A stretch of 63,610 bases of DNA, counting the filler, from Octopus bimaculoides (Eukaryota), in the NCBI RefSeq assembly GCF_001194135.2. It is 6 parts of 6 records of this genome, joined end to end, with 100 filler letters (N's around TTAATTAATTAA, not from the genome) between each part and the next. Parts side by side here need not be neighbours in the genome. Positions count along the whole stretch, not along the records: positions 21,331 to 46,634 come from NC_068981.1; 5 more parts are not named here. One strand, given 5' to 3'. Below, piece after piece: positions 23,935-36,811 of the stretch. Below the pieces are notes generated by a model that saw nothing but the letters and a program-made list of their open reading frames with translations, was not told the DNA's origin and ran no database searches. Numbering within the stretch: position 1 is the first letter of the stretch; each line of letters begins with the position of its first letter. The position numbers and the translations under genes were made by a program.

Positions 23935-24075
23935 CCAGTACAGGACTAGTACTACATTTATCGATTCGAAAGTTTGAAAAGTAAAGTTGACCTCGGAACT
24001 ATTTGAACGCAGAAAGCCAGAACAGATACTGTAAATCTATATATCCAATGCTTTAACCACTCGGGCGACTCGTTT
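23935..24075 (-). mobile_element. Major SINE family, highly degenerate copy
   Basis: TTTATCGATTCGAAAG...AAAGTTGACCTCGG...TTTGAACGCAGAA. Confidence 0.7.
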
Positions 24076-26666
24076 CCTTTACTAAGCACTGGAATACTTA
24101 TTTAAATGGAGATAGTATTACTGTTTTGTAACTACGAGTGATGACCACCTAAGAATGGAAGGGAAGTTCTCGGTGGGATGTGTACTCGAACACGTTTTGA
24201 TTCCTGTTTAGAGCCATTTCATTTCACTTGACATCATACATGCTATGAGAAAGCCAATATCTATTTTGGCATTGCTTTCTTCTGAAATTCTTACGTTTCA
24301 TGTTTTGGAGATACTCGCAAGTATATATAAAAAGAATTTCATTCGTGAATGGTACGATTTCATTTCCGATCTGACGACTTGTTAACATATTCCCTAGCTT
24401 CGTCAATATGTGTTATCTATTCTGTTGGCACTGCTTCAGTACCTTGCATAAAAGCAATAGTAGTACAAGGATACGAAGCTACGATTTTTTTTTCTGGGAG
24501 TTCATATTATAACCTTTTAGACCTGTTGTCTCCTCAATGAGTTATATGGCTCCATAATTGAAAAGTGCAAATGTACGAATATTTATCAACATATTGAGTA
24601 CTTCTGCATTTGCGGGATACCTAGTATTATCGTAGGACACTTTTAAGGGTACTTGAACACTTAAGGAGGATACTTAGCAGCAGAAATGTAACTACATTGA
24701 TATTTAAAATTACATTTACAGATACACAAATATTAATTCCAAAGTTGCAATTATACGGATAGTTAGCTACATTCCCATTGTTACACATCGGAATAAGATT
24801 ACATGATTAACCAGATATATATTTCTTCACAACTATGAAATTGCAGCTAACCTACAAATATGAAATGAGATATGAAAGTGAAGGCTGTTTATGAACTACA
24901 AACGGGTTTGTAACGACAGTAGACCTAAATACCTCTCAGTATTTGCGTTGTTATTTCAAATCCTATCGAGGTCAACTTTGCTTTTCATTCCTCAATTTTT
25001 TATTAATTGAAGATTCATTGTTGTTGTTAACATTATTGTTTAACTTTCCATTTATTCCGCTCCCGTGCGACTGTGAATAGGCTCCCTTCTATCTCATAGT
25101 CAATAAGTACTATGGTTCATCCAAGCTACTATTCGGACCCCACACAAAAACTGACATAGTTGAAAATGAAGAACAAAGATATAATTAGACTGGAAGAAAA
25201 CGAACGACATCAGAAATATGACAACATATTTACGAAAAATATAGATAAAAATTGACAAAGACGTCTATTTACCTCAAGTAAGATTATTCACACTTAACTT
25301 TAATTAGAGGACATAGTTAGAAATCGGATTCTATGGAGAAGCATCAAAGTGGCATATACTTAAAGAAGGCTGTTAGACAACTTTTACTCACCAGTTCTGA
25401 CGCATCTGAAAACAAATAATAATAATAGATAAAATATAAGATTGTAATTGTTAGTAAAATAATATTCAACCATAGTAATATTATCCATGTCAGTAAATTA
25501 CCAAACCGCTCTCATTTCGTGATATCAGCTGTGAGAAAGTAAAGATTTAAAGTAATTTAAAGTAAAGATTTAAAGGACGAGTTTAGAACTTCGCCTATCC
25601 CCCGCCTCCACATTCACTTTCCATTATTACTACCCAGTACACCATATTATGTTGAAGAATGCTTTCCTATCGTCACACAATTCCTGAATCATATCTCCCA
25701 CTTAACGTCCTATCTATTTCTTTGCAGACTGGTGATGCAGGGCTAAGGACTATTTGCTACTCGTCTAGTAGGAAAGATCACTTAAAAGGCTACCTTGAGG
25801 GAGAGGAAAGCAAATAATAAATTAATTAATTATGCATCAGTCAGCTCCAAAGGCGGTGATAATGGCAGAATCCTGAAATAAAGATCATGGCTGCTGCTGT
25901 TTCTACTGCCGCTGTCCTCTCAGAACAACTCTGAATAGTCAAAGCGAACCCAAAGGCAAATGAAAAATCACCTAATCCTCCACATTACTTGAACCAGAAG
26001 CCAACGCGGCAGAGGCACCAAAAGGCTGATGGGTCCCCTCCTCCTGAACAGACTCGACATGAGATTTGGAACAACTGTTCAACTCTATCGTCTTTATGAG
26101 ATAAGGAGGGGATGAAGATAGCAGAAAGGTGAGAGACTGTTGAAGTCAAGTAAAAAGTGAATAAATAAATAAAAGGCAAAACCAAAAATGATTTCAGTCT
26201 AAAGATAAGAAAAAGCTGCAAACTCCTAATAGCTGTCGCCTAACTGCCTCGAATGCATGACCTCCATTGTTATCTGATTGGTTTAATAACGAGTATCTAA
26301 TGCAAATCCAAATAACCTAACAGAGAAAGAACAAGATACTGTGCTGATTGTGGAGATAAAAGAGGGATTCATTATATTCAAAATCATAGACTGTTGGTGA
26401 AAATCACACCGACAATGTGTCTAGAGCCAAGGGAACATTCTCCGGATAATGCGGGATTCTTCACAGCTAGGCTAATGCCGGAGAAGCTCCTGAGAAATTT
26501 CAGAGGTCACAGTTTACAGAAGTTAATTGGAATCGTGGGACGTCCTGATTTTATCTAGGTTAACCACTTCTCGGCCCTTTGTGAGTAGGTTGCCTTCGTT
26601 TGCTTGTGTAAAGAATTTTTAACAAGTGCTAATATATTGTATTAGGTTTTCTGCCCCATTACCTTT

Positions 26667-26719
<53 letters not shown>

Positions 26720-26814
26720 ATCTGCACTCACTTTGCTCGACACGTTTCATTTTGTATCCAATAAAGTAAGGGTTGCTATTATTTTTATCACTATCATTAT
26801 TAATATTCAAGATT

Positions 26815-27020
26815 TCAAGCCAGCAGAATCGTTGGCTTATCGAACAAAATGCTTAGCGGCATTTCTTCCGACTCATTACGGTGTAAGTTCATATTCCGCC
26901 TAGGTCGATTTTGCCTTTCATTCTTTCAGGGTCGACAAGATAAGTAGCAGTAAAGTATTGGTGTCAATGTTATCGACATACCCGCCCCACTCAAAACTGC
27001 AGGGCCTTGTGTCAAGATTA
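26815..27020 (+). mobile_element. Major SINE family, degenerate full-length copy
   Basis: GCAGAATCGTTGGC...AAATGCTTAGCGGCATTT...GGTCGATTTTGCCTTTCATTCTTTCAGGGTCGA...GGCCTTGTGTC. Confidence 0.85.
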
Positions 27021-28290
27021 TTGAAGAGTTGCTGTTATAACACTGTTGTGGTAGTTATCAGGAGGAGGGAAAGTGACATTTGAAACACCCATACTCTTTC
27101 CAATAGATTTGTGACGCTGTTTTTATAATGTTTTAATCATTATCATTTTTCTTTATTAACGGTTCAAATTAACTTTTATTGCACTATTGCACTAATATTT
27201 AGGAAATAATCATGCGCCTTGAGACAATATGTGCGATTTTAACGAATTATCTTGGGTGTTTTATTTATATAATCGCCAGATCATCAATCTGATCAGAATT
27301 TTCGTACGTGAATGCAATTAGTAAATTAATATTTATATATTTAGTTTGGTTAAGCATAAGGCCAACTTTTGTTGGAGAAGCTCATAGTCGGTGTATAACC
27401 TGCGGACATTTTATAGAAGTTGGATAAGGAGATTTAAAAGTCAACCTTGAAAGGATTTCGGCACAGTATTATAGTACTATGCCGAAATCCCTGCAGATAC
27501 CAAACTAATGCTAACAGTAAAGTTTCTGGTCTGGCGTTTAACAGTCTCAGCCATCTCCCTCACCTTTGATTTAATTATTAAGGGGAAACATTTCTCAAAT
27601 TTTCGAGCTGCAATTTATCGTGGTATATATTAGTTTTATTAATTTTCTTGATATAACATTTATCTTTCACGTAGTATGTGATCCATGTGAAGGAATATAG
27701 AGGCACCGGAGATACATACGGTGGTAGCTTTCAAGTAAATGATTGTGCTATTATTTATGTTTCTCAAATTTCCAGTAAAACTATCCATTCTGAAATTATT
27801 CCATGAGCCTGACTGGTATACCTTATATTATAGGGGTTCTTTTTATATATTTCATATTGGTATATTCCAGTAGGTTGCATGCAATAATTTCAAAGACTTA
27901 TTTTGTTTGCTATCATATATCTCAAGAACCACTCGAAATTTTCAGATGTAACGCGTTTTTATGTAACGAAAGCTCTTGTGAAGTGCAGTATCTATCTCAC
28001 TTTCTGTTTTCTAGAATATAATCTGTAATTTTGTGTCTGCGTAAGAAATATTTGTATTGAAGAAAGCTATTTGCATACTGCCGTTATATATGTTCCTGGA
28101 GTTATGAATTTTATTTAGCTGAATATGCTCGCCAGTGTTTCTATCAAATTGCTGAATTGAGTTGTAGTTTACCTGTATGTATGCATCATATACTATAGAC
28201 GCACAAATACATCTATATATACGCATACATATATATATGCACACACACACACACATATATACATACTCACACATATATATGCACAAACAT

Positions 28291-28338
<48 letters not shown>

Positions 28339-30576
28339 CTGCCTGTTTAGTTTAGTGATGTTTCTGGTTGAACTAACAAGCCGAAACATTAGGATGTTAA
28401 CTATCAGCTTACTTACATATCTAATTATCGATTCTGTCAAACCATCATCGATCAAAACTCGATTCTAAGAACTTTGATATAGCTCAGCGGTAAACTGATA
28501 TGGATTTCGTTAACTTGGATTATTAAACTCAAATCGAACAATGACTCGGAAGAAAATTGATAACTAATTCAACTACTCGAACACAAAATCTTCAACGATG
28601 TCCAGAAAAATCAAATGGGATACGGGGCCTTTTTTTTTTTTTACACTAGAGATTCTAATATCTACAAACCTACGCTTTCTTTTCCAGATGTTGCATTGAT
28701 TAAAACCATACTCTATACTCGCTAAAAGCAATGAACAACAATACAATTACAATTTTAATCAGTCAACAAGTAATTCACTATCACACTACTTCCAGATGCC
28801 ATATCTCTTGAATGAAGCCTATAAACAAAATGACTGCCCTTGACATAAACTTTTGATAAAGTCTGACATAAAGATATTATCAGCAAACCAATCTCATGCG
28901 AAGTCTACTCAAACAGGTCGAAGTGTTTGCCTATCTTCCGGTTCAACTATTCTAGTGCAACATCCGCTGACAATTCTACAGACTTCACGCAATCAACTCA
29001 TAGGTGCTTCAAAATTCAGTCATGTTCATCGCATCTACTTTTGATTTTCATTAAAACCATATTTTCCTCATTTTCGCCTTCTTTAAATGGCTTCTATTCC
29101 CTCAAGTATCAGTCATTTTAGAGACTGCAACGGGAGGAAAGAGTGGCGAGGTTAAGTGGGTGTTTATCAATTCGGGAATAAAACTATATATGGATAAATG
29201 CATATAATGCATAAAAAAATGCAACGAACACAAATTCAACATTGGCACTAGGCTACAAATTTTGAAGAAAAGGCGTTACTCTGCCTAATTATTACAAAAA
29301 CTCCAGTGCTGCAAACTTTATTGTTCTTTTTCAAAGGGCATAAACCACCACATACCGATGAAAAAATAACAGATTTCCGACAAGCGTGTGCGTGTGTGTG
29401 TTTGTGTGCGCGCGCGTTATATTTGAGAGAACGATAAAGTGACGGCATTGCTCAAAATCGAGTTGTAGTGTATATTTAAGGCATTTTATTCAATAGAATT
29501 TACGCATTTAACTGCACTAATAATTTAAGTATAACTGGAGATATTTTGATGTTCATGTTTCTTTGAACTCCAGAATGTTCCAAAATAAAGCTACTACCCT
29601 GAACCTTTAGTGGGTTGACATCTCATATAACTATTTTTTAAACATGCTTTACGGTTGATTTAGATAAGTTGAATACGTTAGCTATTTGACATGACGTTTA
29701 TTTACATTTATGTGATAAACATAGCTATTAAATATTTTGTTGGGTAATTTTTAGTTGTTTAATTTCCAATGAATTTCTATCGTACAGTTATCTGAAAGAC
29801 TTTCCTAGTGTAAAATCAGTTATACATTTACATGGGACGTACGCTAATAAAAGTTAAAAAGCATAATTTTTTGTAAGAAATAAACATTCAATTTTATAGT
29901 AAATTCTTTTACTATCATTTTACCAAGCATTTTTACTGCTTTCTTTCCTTTCTTTTGTCGCTCTCAATCGTTCTTAAGCTATTATTGTGTACCTTGATAA
30001 TGATCGTGTTCTACCTAAGACTGGGGTATGATACTCAGGCTCAGTGAGCGTTTTTGCCTTTCAAACAACAAACATGGGTGAAGATACCTTTAATGATGTG
30101 AATGTATTGACTGAAAAATGAGTTTGTCTCAACATTTATGAGCATGGTGGTCTTTAATTTCTCTACATGCAGGCCAAAGTGGGCATTAAATCAAATGCAC
30201 GTTTTGTGTTGCTATAATTCAATTATTACTTTTTTTTTTTGATGACATTAAATAAAGTGTTTTTGGCATTCCTAACAACATATATGGTATTAAATCAGAT
30301 GGAAGTTTTGAGATTCATTGAAATTAGATTTCTTTCTTCTCTGACTTCAAAGCGATTGATAAAGAAGTTTAGTTTTAAAAATTGTGTTAATAATTGCCAC
30401 TGTAAAATTATAGTGAGGAAACCAGGGACGACAAGGGGTGAAGTGGGGAGGAGCCGAATGTAACCCGAAACTCTTAGAAGCACTGGTTTCACAGTTTCAA
30501 ATTTAGCAAACAAGAACCCCACTTAATGAACAAATAAGAAAATGGTATTGTTTGACTTGTACTTCCTGATATTTAT

Positions 30577-30856
30577 GTGAAGGCGCATGGCTCAGTGGTT
30601 AGAGCGTTGGACTTACAATCATTAGGTAGTGAGTTCGATTCCCGGACCGGCTTTGTGATGTGGTCTTGAGCAAGAAACTTTATTTATTTTGCGTTGCTCC
30701 TGTTCACTGTCGAAATGAGTTGCGACGTCACTGGTGCCAAGCTGTATCAGCCCTTGCCTTTCCCTTGGATAACATCGGTGGCGTGGAGAGGGAGGAACTG
30801 GTATACATGAGCGACTACTGGTCTTCTATAAACAACCTTGCCCGGATTTGTGCTTC
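30577..30856 (+). mobile_element. tRNA-head SINE of a separate family, with a CORE-like segment
   Basis: A box TGGCTCAGTGG, B box GAGTTCGATTCCC, then GTCTTGAGCAAGAAACTTTA. Confidence 0.85.
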
Positions 30857-30984
30857 AGTGTCGCGCTGCCTTTCATCTCAAAATACACTTCAAGTTTTCA
30901 TGTAACTTCCTTTTAATTGCTGACATAGAACTGGATCTATTGTGCTACTCTGTGCCACAGTGATGGAATGCTGATATTGGTTGC

Positions 30985-31188
30985 AAATTTTGGCACAAAG
31001 CCAGCAATTTCGGGGTAGGAGTAAATTGATTACGTCGATCCCAGTACTCAAATGGTACTTTTTTTATCGACTCAGAAAGGCTGGAAGGCCAAACAGACTT
31101 CGACGGAATTCGAACTTGGAACGTAAAGACGAAAGAAATGCCTCTAAGTATTTTGCCCCGCGTGCTAACGATTCTACCAGCTCACCGC
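30985..31188 (-). mobile_element. Major SINE family, tail type C
   Basis: CAAATTTTGGCACAAAGCCAGCAATTT tail; head ends ...CCAGCTCACCGC. Confidence 0.85.
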
Positions 31189-33900
31189 ATGGAATGATGC
31201 TATTAAAACCTCTAAGGGCAGTTTATACTCGAAAATGTAAATTTACTAAAACTGAATTAACTTTCTTAGCACTTCTCAACTGAAAATTACGCTACTTACA
31301 TGATGAATGAAATTGCCGGATTTAAACCCTTTCATATGAACTATTAAGTACAGAAACATATTTAATCAAATTGGCTGCACGGATTGTTGGGCTTCACGGT
31401 TAAGTTTCATCAACAGGCTAAGTGACTTTTGGATAACAAAGCAACGTATTTTAGCTATAAATAACAAACCATACTTGGCAACAGTGGTTTCTATTTGTAT
31501 GTCTCAGATCTATTACCACCACTAATTGTCGTGTATGAACGACGAACATTGATTATAGATCAAAGAAATACAGATTTTTAAACTTCACAACCTTCAAACT
31601 TACATTTGCAACCCCTTCTAACACAGCTTGTTCGTTTCACTAGGCTGAATTTTAAGAGCCGTAGCTCGCCTCATTAAATTTTGTATACATAACATTATTA
31701 GGAACAACAAAATTTAAGTCAACAGTTTTAGCTACGAAGTTGTAAAAAGAAAAGCTGTATTCCTTATGTATAGTGAATTAAAACCACTTGAGACTTTGAA
31801 CATAGTTCTCAATAGTTTAGGCGGAAATTCGTTAGCCTAAGTCACATTATTACAAGGATGATCAACAGCTTGTTTATTAGCTCTACCAAGCTAAATTGTT
31901 TCAGCTCGAGCTGGCTCATTAACTTTCACTTATATAAACTTCGTTATGTACAGCAAATCTAAACGAAGCTTTATTCCTCGAAAACTAGTGAATCAAAATT
32001 ATTCAAGATTATTTTTAATGTTTATAAACCGGACAGAAATTTATCAACCAAAGTCCTGCCTTTGGGCTCACACAAGTATTATAAGTCAAGAACAAACGTA
32101 TCTGAGTTATTCCTTGTTAGTTTGAAATAGATAAACTTGACAATCAAGATGCTCGGTTTGACACGTGACCCAAATGATGGAGTCACCGCTCCAATATGTT
32201 CATTTTTGACTTCTAATACTTACGTGAACCGAAAGGCGTGACTCAGACTGATAAAAACATTACATAACTTAATACGTAAAGGCAAAATTTCATAAATAAA
32301 TTTTAACAGAAAAACTCAAAAATACCAGTACTTCCAGTTCGCGTGACCGCTCTTTCATTTGATAATCTGAATCTGTTGCCTCGTAAATCATCGGATGTTT
32401 AAAAAGATTTCAAAATATTATAAATGAAAGCTATCGAGAAATGCTTATCTCAATATTTTTTTAAATATCATGTGACCGATATTTTATAAAACCGGCTGTT
32501 TGAAGATCAGGTTTTCTAGCTCCTTCCTGGCTCTCGTAGCAATATGAAAAATTATCAAGACGTTTTCATTCGTTATATATGCGTCTGTATATGTGTATAT
32601 ACGTATTGTTGAATTCAAACCCGTATAAATGTGAATATACCAATATGTATGCATATGTGTAAGTGCGGACGTGTCACGTCACGTGATATTTATTGTATAC
32701 GAACTTACATTTGTTTGAGTGTGTATGAGTATATTAGTGAATCAGATGATTTTGGATGTGCGTATGTATGTGTATGTATACATGTATGTGTATATATGTA
32801 AATAGTAAACAAAGAAGAAAATAACGTCATCGTCTAGAAGGCAAAATATAAATAAACCGTTGCAGAAGAATTTCATCCTACTGAGAGAGGTCAACAGTCT
32901 TGACTTTGTCTTTCTCATCTGATGATGGTCCTAAGAATAGCCGAGGGATGTGAATCACTGAGTAACGAAATACTGTAAACTATAGGCAATACATAAAAGA
33001 CGTTCACTACCTCGGCATTGCCTTCTGTTTTACTGTGTTCGTAGCTTCATCGGGTATATGAATTCGCATACAAACACACTAGTAACTATGCATACACATG
33101 CCAACAGACCCAGACACATGTGTAAACATATATTTGTATGAATATGTATGTATATATGAGTGAGTGTATGCATGTGTGTGTGCGTGTGCGTGTATACAGA
33201 CATACATACACTCAAAGTACAGACATATATGTTTGTGGTCGTGTGTTTGTGGTCGTGCGTTTGTGTGTGTGTGTGTGTGGATTTAAGTGTGTCTGAATGT
33301 GTTGCTCCCCGCAGCTTCGGAGAAATTCTATATTCCCAAAGTTAGTTGTCGCACCAGATCATAAACTTTGGAAGGAAAGAAAGGAAATACTTTTCTTGGG
33401 TAAATGGCGGGAGGTGCTATAAATATGACATTTAGAGACAAGTGTTGAATTCTAAAACACTGAAAGATACATTGATCGGATTAATGGTTAAATCTTTCGC
33501 AGATGTATGTCTACGATTTCCGGTTATTTTGGTTGGTTAACTTTTCAAAGTGCATAATATATTTGTATGTGTGTGAGAGTTTATATGTATAGAGAGCAAT
33601 ATACCTAGAGCAATATACATTCGTACAAATACTTCATACTGGCGCGAACTTGTTATCCTAAAGATAGTAAATTCAGCTAAATAGAAAGAGACAAACAGTC
33701 GGACAGACAATCTGATATTTTGAGACCTTCAGTTTTGTATTCAATATTTTGATGAGATTAAGTGACCTGATTGAACTATGATCATCCAGTTTGTTGGGGC
33801 TATGAGCATAGGACTTACGTTTACAAAAATAGATTGGGTAGATCAGTATGTAGTGGGGGGACGTGTATGTATGCATATATATATATATATATATATAATT

Positions 33901-34155
33901 TATTTTTTATGCGCCCTTTTAAAGCCTAGCCAGGCTCATGGGCCCGGTTCCCCGGTTTCTATGGCATATGTGCTCCTCCCAGCTGGAAAGAGGAAGAAAT
34001 AGTTAGAGAAAGTTGGGGCGAAAGAGTACAACAGCCTCGTGGAGCTTTAGGTGTTTTCGCTTAATAAACACACACAACGCCCGGTCTAGGAATCGAAACC
34101 GCGAAACTCCGACCGTGAGTCCGCTGCCCTAACCACTGGACCATTGCGCCCCCAC
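33901..34155 (-). mobile_element. SINE with the same tRNA head as 1561-1947 but a different 3' region
   Basis: About 150 bp at the head match 1795-1947. The tail is TTTTATGCGCCCTTTTAAAGCCTAGCCAGGCTCATGGGCCCGG. Confidence 0.85.
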
Positions 34156-34160
34156 GCACA

Positions 34161-34202
<42 letters not shown>

Positions 34203-35197
34203 NNNNNNNNNNNNNNNNNNNNNNNNTATAATGAAAAAATGTATGGTAAATAAGCATACGACTAGTGGCGGCTCGTGTATAGGCACAGCGGAACTTCTGC
34301 ACCCCCTATTTCCACTCGATATTATCGATAACATTCAATATAATGAGTCCTTTTTTCTTTAATTCTTTCTTTATACCTGTACATTATATAATCTTCAAGG
34401 TTAATGTCAGTAGCCATCCCCCAGTTTATGAAAAAATTACAAAAACCCTTGTATAGAACTGTGTGCTTCACAGTTCCAGCAACGCGGTGTTTGGCTGTTG
34501 TGAGTATGCTCACATCTCCGAGGGAGAGAGAGAGCACTGTGTAAACGACAGTAGCACTGCGTGAACGACAGTGCCAACCTCGTTGATACCGGTGGAAGGT
34601 AGTGTTTGTTTTTGAATCCGCGTGTATTGTACTTAAACATGTGTTTATACTCTTCAATGCGATTATCCTGCTTCCAAATTAAGTGTTGCTGCCAGAATTT
34701 GAAAAATAGGGCACATTTCCCCCCTTATTTTGTGATTTAGGTGGCATTTTGAAAAACAAGGGGGAATTCGCGGCAGTGTTCAGTGAACAAGTTTAACGCA
34801 CTACACGGCAGTGGCTAAAACGCAAACCGGTCAAGTTTATGTATGAATTTTCTGGGAGACAAACACAGAAGGTCCCTAATTCTTCATAACCAATTGCTAA
34901 TACACAGTTTCGCACCTTTAATGATAAGACTGAGAACTTCAGAATTGGTGACGGCCGCAAAAAAAAAAAAATTCTTTTTGCCGAGAATTCAGGGCCGAGA
35001 GTAAACAAAACAATGTAAAATGGTACAGAGTGTGATGTAGGACAATGGACAAGGACGAAGAGTCGAGCAAAATATAGCCTTAGGGCCAAGAAGACGATAA
35101 TAGTGGATAACGCTTAGAAAAAGTTCTGAAGACGGACAGAGAATTTGCAACTTGTCAGCTCGGGACCTGTGTAAGAAAAGAAGAGAGAGAGGGAAGC

Positions 35198-35216
35198 TGA
35201 CCGCGGGTCACGTGAC
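35198..35216. promoter_or_regulatory. Palindromic GTCACGTGAC E-box overlapping TGACC-gcg-GGTCA; candidate promoter element
   Basis: Motif match within a CpG-containing, repeat-poor stretch (34450-35220). No transcript evidence. Confidence 0.35.
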
Positions 35217-36014
35217 AGCAGCAGGCAGAGGAGAAAGACAGTAAGAGAGAGGGAGAGAGAGTGACAGAGAGAGAGAGAGAGAAAAAGGGGGAAAGAGATG
35301 AAGGGAGAAAAGAGGAAAGAGAAAGGCTACCCATGTACCTATCAATCTATCTCCGTCTGTGTACTACGCAGATAACCCCAACAAACCAACAATACAATAT
35401 TATAGATCCATTTCAGCCGATTTTACCAACTGGTTTTGCATAAGAGACTTTAAGTAAAACCCAATCCTGGCACTCATCAGAAGGACTGGTAAAAAGAGTA
35501 CGGTGACAGCTCTTTTCCACTAGAGGTCAAGGAGTGTCAATCCGGTTTGTGGGCGTTGTAAAAACTGTAACGAGAAAAAAAGCCGTTTGAGAAGATCAGA
35601 GAAGAATTTCCTTGGACAAGAATCAAAATGCCTTCAGGACACAAACCGCAAATGTTTGCAGACTGAGAATAAAGTTGGTGTGTAGGTGGTATGGGGTTCA
35701 TGTGTGTTTGCAAGAGAGTGAGCGGAAAATGGGTTTTGGGAGTGTAATCAATCTCAAAATCATATGTGGACTTGTGCGTGTTTGTAATAAGATCGGTGCA
35801 ATAAAGGTTAGGGTGAACCCTCAAACTGTGATGATAGGCAGTACTGATGGTGGAAACTAACGTTTATATCCATAATGCAGTCCACCAAAATTCAAGTACA
35901 TCTTTCCTTTTATGCTGGCAGGATCGGCTAATCTCAATTTTACAATTTAGCTAGGTATTTGGGTAAAGAGAATTCTTTACTATAATACTCTTCTCCGGCA
36001 AGAAGAATATGCAC

Positions 36015-36175
36015 TCCCTTTTGACAGATGATTCAAAGCTCCAGAAAGTTATCAATGGGGTATGTAACCCTATAGAAATCCAATATGATCAAAGCGGTGC
36101 GATACGATGGGTGAAGAAAAAATCATGCTGCTAAACGGAATAAAATTTAAGGTCACCCATTTCAAGAAAGGGTAT
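36015..36175 (+). pseudogene. CR1/L2-type reverse transcriptase remnant
   Basis: LTDDSKLQKVING...IQYDQSGAIRWVKK..MLLNGIKFKVTHF resembles FADDTK...LQxDL...W...NxMxLNxxKF. Confidence 0.7.
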
Positions 36176-36780
36176 ATATTTAAGCAACCATGTTCTCTTT
36201 CCTTGAGTGAGCTTCTCGCGGCGTCAAAAAATGTCAGCGACTGATAACTGTGGAAAGCAATCTAAGGTGCATACATAAAATAATGATGTTGAAATGACCC
36301 GCAAAATGTGCACGTACGCGCACACATAGATACGTTCATATTCCAATAAAAACAATAGTCCTGTGTAAACTCAACAGATCTGATATTACTCTGTGGGACA
36401 AGGAACAAAAGTCATGCAAAGTTGTAGAGGTCAGCTGCCCAGTAGATATGAACATACCGCCGAAGATTCAGAAAAAATAGAACATTTATGGTGAACTAAT
36501 GTGAAATTTACAGCTCTTGTAATTTGGTTATAAAGTTTCGTTTGTACTTACCATCATCGGAGCATTAAGTTATGTTTTTACAGATTTGGGCAAAAACCTA
36601 GAAATACTAGAATTTTCTAAAGTAAAAGAAACTGATGTACATCATCTGAAATCAATCTATTAGCAGTAAAAATTTGTAAGACACTTCAAAGATTCTCTAT
36701 CCAAGATTCTTTAATTGAATACATGTACACGCTTGGTTGTGTGCATCTACGGAGACACATATGTAAAAAATAATGATGCG

Positions 36781-36811
<31 letters not shown>

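Noticed and set aside
27850-28060. MITE-like AT-rich segments here and at 32290-32530 and 53560-53900
   Set aside because: They resemble non-autonomous DNA transposon interiors, but I could not define TIRs or TSDs.
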